The notes under the pieces are model-generated. The model did no database searches and was not told the DNA's origin. It saw only the letters and a list, made by a program, of their open reading frames with translations. This document shows, piece after piece, positions 58,250 to 64,000 of a stretch of DNA of 64,000 bases. The first letter of the stretch is position 1, and each line of letters starts with the position of its first letter. This DNA is from an uncultured Bacteroidota bacterium (GTDB lineage Bacteria > Bacteroidota > Bacteroidia > Flavobacteriales > Flavobacteriaceae): contig CACPQA010000005.1 in NCBI GenBank assembly GCA_902635965.1, positions 50,292-114,291 of the forward strand. Direction: 5' to 3'. Both the position numbers and the translations under genes were made by a program.

Positions 58250-59518
58250 TTAGACACCTACTTTTTTGATAGCAACTTTTTCAATTTTATTTGATAAAAC
58301 ACTTACCACCTTCAATTCTAAGCCATTTATTGAGAGGATTGTGTTTTTTTTGGGTATTTCTCCTGTTATATGAAAAATTAATCCTCCAAGAGTTTCATAA
58401 TTTTCATCTTGAGGTAGATTTAATTTATACTTTCGTATCAAATAATCTATTTCTAATCTAGCCGAAAATTCAAAAGAATTTATATTAATTTTTTTTTCGT
58501 GATGGTCAATTTTATCATACTCGTCCTCGATTTCGCCAAACAATTCTTCAACTATATCTTCAACTGTTAATAACCCTGAAGTTCCTCCATACTCATCTAG
58601 AACTACAGCAATTGTCTTCCTTTTTCTTGTTAATTTTTTCAACACATCAGTAATTAAATTTGGCTCATGAACATATTCAATAGGGAGTAAAATTTCTGAT
58701 ATTGAAGATGGTTTTTTAAGCATTTCAAAAGCGTGTACAAAACCAATTATATCGTCGATATTTTCATCATAAACTGGAATTTTTGAATACCCAGTGTTTT
58801 CAAATAAAGATGATAGTTTTAAAATATTTTCAGATTTATTGATGCCTGTTATTTCAGCCCTAGGTACCATGACCTCTCTTACTTTTATTTCAGAAAAATC
58901 TAAAGCATTTTGAAAAAATTCAATTTCAGAATCAAGTTGGTCTTTATTTTCCACAGCTTCTACTTGTTCCTCAATATATTCTCCTAACTCATTTTTCGAA
59001 AAAGTCAACTGAATTTTGTCTGATTTCGAGGTTGAGAAAAACCTCAAAAAATTGTCTGTGATTTTCAATATTAACAAACTAATTGGCATGAGAAGTGTGT
59101 AAAAAACTGATCCAGGCAAAGCGAAATACTTTACCATCTGATTGGCATATAGCTGAAAAAAAACCTTTGGTAGGAATTCAGCTGTAATCAATATTACAAA
59201 GGTTGAAATCAAAGTTTGAATGAATAAGATATCAAGAGGTAAGGTTGCAGATTCAAGTTCAGGAAATAAAATTTGAATGATTTTATCACCCATAAAAATT
59301 CCGTAAATAACAAGACAAAAGTTATTACCAACTAACATTGCAGTAATAAATTTTGAGGGATTAGAAGTTATGTACTTTAAAACCTTAGCTATGATTCCTT
59401 TTTTATTTTTTTCTATTTCTAAAAAAACTCTATTACATGAAATATAGGCTATTTCCATTCCTGAAAAAAAGGCAGACATAATCAAACAAATAATGATAAC
59501 AACATTATCTATATTCAT
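58250..59518 (-). CDS. CNNM/DUF21, CBS pair and CorC_HlyC domain membrane protein (hemolysin/CorC family)
   Basis: Four N-terminal TM helices (DUF21). CBS pair (VREVMVPRAEI...; IPVYDENIDDIIGFVH). VLDEYGGTSGLLTVEDIVEELFGEIEDEYD. Confidence 0.85.
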   Translation of the reverse strand: MNIDNVVIIICLIMSAFFSGMEIAYISCNRVFLEIEKNKKGIIAKVLKYITSNPSKFITAMLVGNNFCLVIYGIFMGDKIIQILFPELESATLPLDILFIQTLISTFVILITAEFLPKVFFQLYANQMVKYFALPGSVFYTLLMPISLLILKITDNFLRFFSTSKSDKIQLTFSKNELGEYIEEQVEAVENKDQLDSEIEFFQNALDFSEIKVREVMVPRAEITGINKSENILKLSSLFENTGYSKIPVYDENIDDIIGFVHAFEMLKKPSSISEILLPIEYVHEPNLITDVLKKLTRKRKTIAVVLDEYGGTSGLLTVEDIVEELFGEIEDEYDKIDHHEKKININSFEFSARLEIDYLIRKYKLNLPQDENYETLGGLIFHITGEIPKKNTILSINGLELKVVSVLSNKIEKVAIKKVGV

Positions 59519-59704
59519 CTATGAATTTTTATTCATTTTTTTTCTAATAGATCTTCTAAAAAAGAACATACAAATCGATACGACAAAGAATCCAAAAAAT
59601 AAATATGCTTTTTTTGAGTTAAAACTCCACATCAGATAAGTTTCTCGAAGAGATATAATAGAAATGATTAAGTAAATTAGTTCTGAAATTCTATATTTAA
59701 TCAT
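59519..59704 (-). CDS. Small hypothetical membrane protein
   Basis: 61-aa ORF with two hydrophobic segments. Zero-nt gap to the downstream CNNM gene and 3 nt from the upstream LptC-like gene. Confidence 0.35.
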   Translation of the reverse strand: MIKYRISELIYLIISIISLRETYLMWSFNSKKAYLFFGFFVVSICMFFFRRSIRKKMNKNS

Positions 59705-59707
59705 TTG

Positions 59708-60259
59708 TTATCTTTCATCAACAGCCATTGTGCCTGTTAGTCTTCCAGTGTTAAACTTAGTAAATTGTTTGTTAGCATCTAACCTTTTAGCATTAACATC
59801 ATAATCAGAATTCCAAAACTTAAAATTTTTGTTCGTAAAAAACCAATCTGATTCAGCATCCCAGTATAACTGAGTGGTTCTAAGAAAGTCTCCCTCACTG
59901 GAAGATATTTTTACGTTCCCAACTAAATCAAGGATTGAGGTTTCTTTGTAAATCGTTCCGTAATCAGCCTCGACTATACTCGGACACCCAAAATTATCAT
60001 AAAAGACAAGCTTTAACCCATCTGGAAAAACTGAATATTTAAAAAATAAGTTTCTGAAATCTTGATGTTTAGGTGCTGTTAAGATAGAATTTATTTTTAA
60101 CGAATCTGTATAAACCATTCTAATTTCAAACGATGTTGCTACTGGGTCGATAGTCGAACTGGTTTTTAATTCGGTCTTCTCCCAGTTTGCACAAGAAAAT
60201 ACTAAATTAATTATTAGTACATAGTTTAAAAAACGATATAGAAAAATTGAAAGTTCCAC
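59708..60259 (-). CDS. LptC-like periplasmic LPS-export protein
   Basis: 183 aa. N-terminal anchor or lipobox (LVFSC). Beta-jellyroll-like repeats with ADYG...LVGNVKISSSEG..L.T.QLYWD typical of Bacteroidota LptC as I recall it. Confidence 0.55.
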   Translation of the reverse strand: MELSIFLYRFLNYVLIINLVFSCANWEKTELKTSSTIDPVATSFEIRMVYTDSLKINSILTAPKHQDFRNLFFKYSVFPDGLKLVFYDNFGCPSIVEADYGTIYKETSILDLVGNVKISSSEGDFLRTTQLYWDAESDWFFTNKNFKFWNSDYDVNAKRLDANKQFTKFNTGRLTGTMAVDER

Positions 60260-61648
60260 TTACAATTTAGGGACTTTTACCTTATCATTAATCCAGCACG
60301 AAAACTGGATCACCTTACCTTCCATACCCTCAGTGAAAATATCAGTTTTGGAAGGAGCTCTTCCATTATAACTTGCAGCAGTTTTAAGTGCGGCTTTTTT
60401 GATTGAGGCATCTACATTTGCTGCTTTTTTGGCAGTGTTTGCGGCAAGCCAATACACCGCTCTTTTATCGAATTGTGAATCTCCGCAATTATTGGCACTA
60501 CTAGCGTACAAGTTGGCGATCATAAGGTATGCTTTGCCTAAAGAAGGTTGAAAACTTAAGGCTTTTCTAGCATAATTTCGCGCTGTAGTTTTCCTCCCCT
60601 TTTCCTTAAACTTTAAAGCAATTTTATATAATATTTTTGCTTTTTTGTAAGGATCCGTTTCTAATTTAAGAGATTCTTCCCAATATTCTACAGCCTGTTC
60701 ATCATTTCCTTTTTTATCGTTGAGTGACCCCAGATAGTATGCTGAGTCAGCTGATGGCTCAATTCCATACATTGCTTCGACTAATTGAACAAAAAGTTCA
60801 CTCCCAGAACAATTCTTTGCATACATCCTTGCTGTTGCCCTTTTGAGCCAGACAAGATTAAGTTTATTTTCGTTAAAATTTCTTTTGTATAAAACAACTA
60901 AATTGTCGCAACTAGACTCCTTACTCATAATAGCATCCAAACTTTTTAATGATACTGCTATAGCGTTTGAATAAGAATCATAAACCTTTCTAAGTTTCAA
61001 ATCTCTGGTTGTTAGTGGCTCTCCGCTGGCTTCTTTTTTTAAGATTTTATCTAAGTTTTTTGAGATCTTGACGCCTTCAATTTCAAACTTGTCAGAAATA
61101 TCTTCATATTTTTCGAACAATTCTTCTGTAGTTATTTCTCCGTTACCGGATTTATATATTTCATAAAATGATTTAAAATAACTGTATAGTCTTTTTGGGT
61201 TTGAAAAACTTTCTGGATCTTTTTTGAACGCGTCGTCAAAAATTGAATAAATCACAATGTTGGAACCTATTTTAAAATCAATCATAGATTGGGCCTTTGC
61301 CGACAAAATATTTCCAACATCATTTTTACCCTTTTTAAGAGGGAAATATTTTACCCAATCATCATAAAGATTCATTAAGTCTGTTTGCCGCTGTATTTTT
61401 TCTGATTCTGGAGTATTTTTTATTCTATTTTTAAGTATTCTTTCTCCATAAGCATATATAGCAATATTCAAATCAGGGCACTCATTCTTAACCGAAATCC
61501 AAGGACCGTAAGCTGCACTATAATTTTTAACTTTAGCATTTTCCGCAAAAATTGACAAGTTTTGAGCACATTCACTACTATTTTGTGCTAAAACGTATGT
61601 CCCAATTAAAAGGGGAAAAAACAATTTTAAATATATTTTATTTTTCAT
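60260..61648 (-). CDS. Exported TPR-repeat protein, function unknown
   Basis: Signal peptide. C-terminal TPR-like helices (AVEYWEESLKLETDPYKKAKILYKIALKFKEKGRKTTARNYARKALSFQPSLGKAYLMIANLY). Confidence 0.5.
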   Translation of the reverse strand: MKNKIYLKLFFPLLIGTYVLAQNSSECAQNLSIFAENAKVKNYSAAYGPWISVKNECPDLNIAIYAYGERILKNRIKNTPESEKIQRQTDLMNLYDDWVKYFPLKKGKNDVGNILSAKAQSMIDFKIGSNIVIYSIFDDAFKKDPESFSNPKRLYSYFKSFYEIYKSGNGEITTEELFEKYEDISDKFEIEGVKISKNLDKILKKEASGEPLTTRDLKLRKVYDSYSNAIAVSLKSLDAIMSKESSCDNLVVLYKRNFNENKLNLVWLKRATARMYAKNCSGSELFVQLVEAMYGIEPSADSAYYLGSLNDKKGNDEQAVEYWEESLKLETDPYKKAKILYKIALKFKEKGRKTTARNYARKALSFQPSLGKAYLMIANLYASSANNCGDSQFDKRAVYWLAANTAKKAANVDASIKKAALKTAASYNGRAPSKTDIFTEGMEGKVIQFSCWINDKVKVPKL

Positions 61649-61650
61649 TT

Positions 61651-62949
61651 CTAATTATACTTTCTTTTAATAAACCATAAATCATTCAAAGATAATCCAA
61701 TTCTCAAAGCCCAAAAAGTTTCTTTGACCAGACTTTTTGAATTTATTCCCCTTGAACCAAATTCAAAACCAATGTTTAAATTTGAGAATCCTGAAACATT
61801 GTTTGCACTGTAATAACCACCCATAGGAAAACTCCCTCCAATGGAATAAACTGTTTCTTTTAGAAGATTGTTATCAATTTTTATACCAGTATTCTCACTT
61901 CTAAATCCAAACCTATAAACTATTCTTTTCCAATAGTCAGTTATGGAACTGTAATCTGGAATAAAAAATCCACCAAACGAGACGGAATTGGCATTTTCGT
62001 AGGATATATTTTCTTGTCTAAGAAAATCATTTTTGAAATTTTCTGAATTTGCAAAGGTATATTGTGTACCGATGAACCATTTTTTATCTTTATTAATACT
62101 TACACCATATTTGTAACTTTTTCCAATTTTTAATTTTACTATGTCTAACTCACTTGTAGCCAAATCTAATTCCTTTATATCACCAATGTTTTGACTTTGT
62201 AATGAACGAGTAAAGTATACTCTTTTGTTTCTTGAATTGATAATATTTGTAGGTTTAAACGTGAAAAAACTTTCTAAAAATATTTTTGATAAATTGAGTT
62301 TCATATGACTTCCTATTTCATAATCAAGTCCTGACAAAGAGGACTCACTAGTTAAAAAAGTTCCATAGTCTATATTTTCATTTTGATTAGAAATCTGAGT
62401 TGAAATTTTACCGAAATTATAATTTACTGTTCCTCCCAAACTTAAAAAGTTTAACAACTTAAATCCTACTGTTAAAAAAGATTTATTTGTACCTCCTCTT
62501 CCTTCGTAACGAGAAACAACAATTTCATCCTGATTCGACAAATCGTTTGCTTGCAACCTATATCCAACAGATGAATATGGAATAACACCAAAACTAAAAG
62601 AAAAAAACTTTGTAGGTATTGACACAGCTATATAATCTAGAGAACCTGTTCTACTATCATCTTTTGAATCACTAGAAGTTATTTGAGTATTTTTATAATG
62701 GATACCAACAGAGAAGGTAGTCAACTTTAATTCCCCTAAACTCGCCGGATTATTCAAATTTGCATGTATTGAATCTGAAAAGACACTAACACCACCCATC
62801 ATTCTATTTATAACATTTCCCTTAAAAGTTACATCTCCCAAACCACCCAGTGAATAGGGGGATGCTGTGCTATTTTGTGCGAAAGAAAACTTTACAAATA
62901 ATACAAAAAAAATTAATTTTAATCGAATTAAGATTATAGGTTGTTGCAT
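61651..62949 (-). CDS. Uncharacterised outer-membrane beta-barrel protein (FadL/PorV-like N-terminal motif)
   Basis: Signal peptide. SPYSLGGLGD...MGGVSVF...NNPASLG. Alternating beta-strand pattern. Ends in an aromatic-rich stretch. Confidence 0.45.
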   Translation of the reverse strand: MQQPIILIRLKLIFFVLFVKFSFAQNSTASPYSLGGLGDVTFKGNVINRMMGGVSVFSDSIHANLNNPASLGELKLTTFSVGIHYKNTQITSSDSKDDSRTGSLDYIAVSIPTKFFSFSFGVIPYSSVGYRLQANDLSNQDEIVVSRYEGRGGTNKSFLTVGFKLLNFLSLGGTVNYNFGKISTQISNQNENIDYGTFLTSESSLSGLDYEIGSHMKLNLSKIFLESFFTFKPTNIINSRNKRVYFTRSLQSQNIGDIKELDLATSELDIVKLKIGKSYKYGVSINKDKKWFIGTQYTFANSENFKNDFLRQENISYENANSVSFGGFFIPDYSSITDYWKRIVYRFGFRSENTGIKIDNNLLKETVYSIGGSFPMGGYYSANNVSGFSNLNIGFEFGSRGINSKSLVKETFWALRIGLSLNDLWFIKRKYN

Positions 62950-63677
62950 ACCAATAAGTTATTTAACCCAGATGCTAGAAATTCTTGCTCGGCAAAGATG
63001 CTATTTTTAATTCTTTTATACAAGTATTTGGAGTCCCCACCCGTTAAAATCACCTTCAAATTTGGTGTTTTTCTTTTAAATTTTTCAATTTGTCCATTTA
63101 TTTCAAAAATAAAGCCCTCTAAAGTCCCGCTTTGAATTGAATTTTCAGTATCAATTCCCATTTCCGTTATTTTATCTTCAAAGTTTATATATGGAAGTTT
63201 ACTCGTATGTTGGCTTAGACTTTTAAATCTCATTAACAAACCAGGTGAAATTAATCCTCCTTTATGAACTGATTTTGAAGATATCAAATCAAAAGTTAAG
63301 CAACTTCCAGCATCGATTACGAGACAATCTTCTTTCGGGAATTTATTAATTGCTGCCATTATTAGACCAATTCTATCGACACCAAGATTTTCTTTGTTGT
63401 AATTTGTTTTAAAAGGAAAATCGAGAGCTTTGACATCATAAATTTTGATGTTAGTAAATTTTTTTTCTAATTCCTCTCTGTTGTATTTGCCTGTAACATC
63501 AGACAACAAAATATTATTTAAATCAGGAAAATTCTTCAAAATTTTAAAAGACCAATCACCTTCCCATTTAAAAAGGCTGGTTGAAATCAATGCTTGGTCT
63601 TTGAAAATGAAATATTTTAAATTGGTATTTCCGCAATCTATGATCAAATTCATATATAAAAATAAACCAAAATTCAA
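62934..63677 (-). CDS. coaX: Type III pantothenate kinase CoaX
   Basis: MNLIIDCGNTNLKYFIF (the likely true start at 63653), GVDRIGLIMAA, VIDAGSCLTFDL, LTGGDS. Confidence 0.85.
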   Translation of the reverse strand: MNFGLFLYMNLIIDCGNTNLKYFIFKDQALISTSLFKWEGDWSFKILKNFPDLNNILLSDVTGKYNREELEKKFTNIKIYDVKALDFPFKTNYNKENLGVDRIGLIMAAINKFPKEDCLVIDAGSCLTFDLISSKSVHKGGLISPGLLMRFKSLSQHTSKLPYINFEDKITEMGIDTENSIQSGTLEGFIFEINGQIEKFKRKTPNLKVILTGGDSKYLYKRIKNSIFAEQEFLASGLNNLLVCNNL

Positions 63678-63700
63678 TTAAGTTTAAAATTTTAAAAACA

Positions 63701-63731
63701 TTTGCTAAGAAAAAAAGAGATTATATATTTG
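63701..63731 (+). promoter_or_regulatory. Bacteroidota-type promoter for tRNA-Phe (-33 TTTG / -7 TAnnTTTG)
   Basis: TTTG at 63701-63704 and TATATTTG at 63724-63731, 19 nt apart. The -7 box ends 9 nt before the mature tRNA 5' end. Confidence 0.45.
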
Positions 63732-63740
63732 CAAAACAAC

Positions 63741-63813
63741 GGTACCTTAGCTCAGTTGGTAGAGCAAAGGACTGAAAATCCTTGTGTCCCTGGTTCGATT
63801 CCTGGAGGTACCA
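63741..63813 (+). tRNA. tRNA-Phe(GAA)
   Basis: Cloverleaf ggtacct/ta/gctc-agttggta-gagc/a/aagga-ctgaaaa-tcctt/gtgtc/cctgg-ttcgatt-cctgg/aggtacc/a. The anticodon is GAA. The T stem has one U-U mismatch. CCA is not fully encoded. Confidence 0.9.
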
Positions 63814-63817
63814 CCTT

Positions 63818-63847
63818 AATCCCGTATTTCACTTAATACGGGATTTT
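63818..63847. terminator. Hairpin terminator between tRNA-Phe and the convergent downstream gene
   Basis: aatcccgtatt-tcactt-aatacgggatt (about 11-bp stem) followed by ttt on the plus strand. Confidence 0.5.
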
Positions 63848-63851
63848 AAGT

Positions 63852-64000
63852 TTACTTATTTTTTCTAGCAGCAATAAAACTTTTAATGAAAAATATCATT
63901 GATAATGTGGAAGTAACAATCATTATAATTACTCTTATCAAACCAAACCCGCCTTTATCAATTGACTTAGGTAATCTCATTCCAATTAACGCAATTAATA
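63852..64000 (-). CDS. C-terminal end of an unidentified membrane protein (gene continues beyond the window)
   Basis: Reverse-strand translation reads ...LIALIGMRLPKSIDKGGFGLIRVIIMIVTSTLSMIFFIKSFIAARKNK*. It is hydrophobic with no recognisable family. Not in the ORF track because it is truncated. Confidence 0.3.
   Translation of the reverse strand, partial: LIALIGMRLPKSIDKGGFGLIRVIIMIVTSTLSMIFFIKSFIAARKNK

Overview
Strongly AT-rich chromosomal window from a Bacteroidota organism that looks like class Flavobacteriia. Three things point there: a gldKLMN operon, a type-B T9SS C-terminal domain, and a TAnnTTTG-type promoter box. The window is almost entirely coding, with about 55 protein genes and 2 tRNAs. 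Most of it is core housekeeping: era (partial), initiator tRNA-Met, topA, miaB, a sensor-less sigma-54 activator, an LptE-like gene, secG, groES/groEL, purH, mreBCD-mrdA-rodA, an S41 protease, surE, lpxB, a DPP-IV/POT peptide-uptake pair, HMG-CoA reductase plus a GYDIA GHMP kinase (mevalonate pathway), a PpiD-like gene, a CNNM/CorC protein, an LptC-like gene, coaX and tRNA-Phe. The one clearly accessory stretch is about 8.9-24.1 kb on the minus strand. It runs gldK-gldL-gldM-gldN (T9SS core), then a decayed FAD oxidoreductase, then a roughly 2,170-aa repeat-rich, Ca-binding-motif-rich surface protein with a type-B T9SS sorting domain, then a PorP/SprF-like gene and a PorE(PG1058)-like TPR/beta-propeller/OmpA gene. 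The surface protein is split in this sequence by one extra base in a homopolymer. This T9SS island is my best candidate for something worth following up. A second candidate is a three-gene Cys/His-rich module (HYC..CC..PP protein, TonB-dependent receptor, exported HMA protein). I saw no CRISPR array, transposase, integrase, phage gene or rRNA. All calls come from reading the supplied translations and sequence by eye; no searches were run, so family names are recognition-based and starts are approximate.
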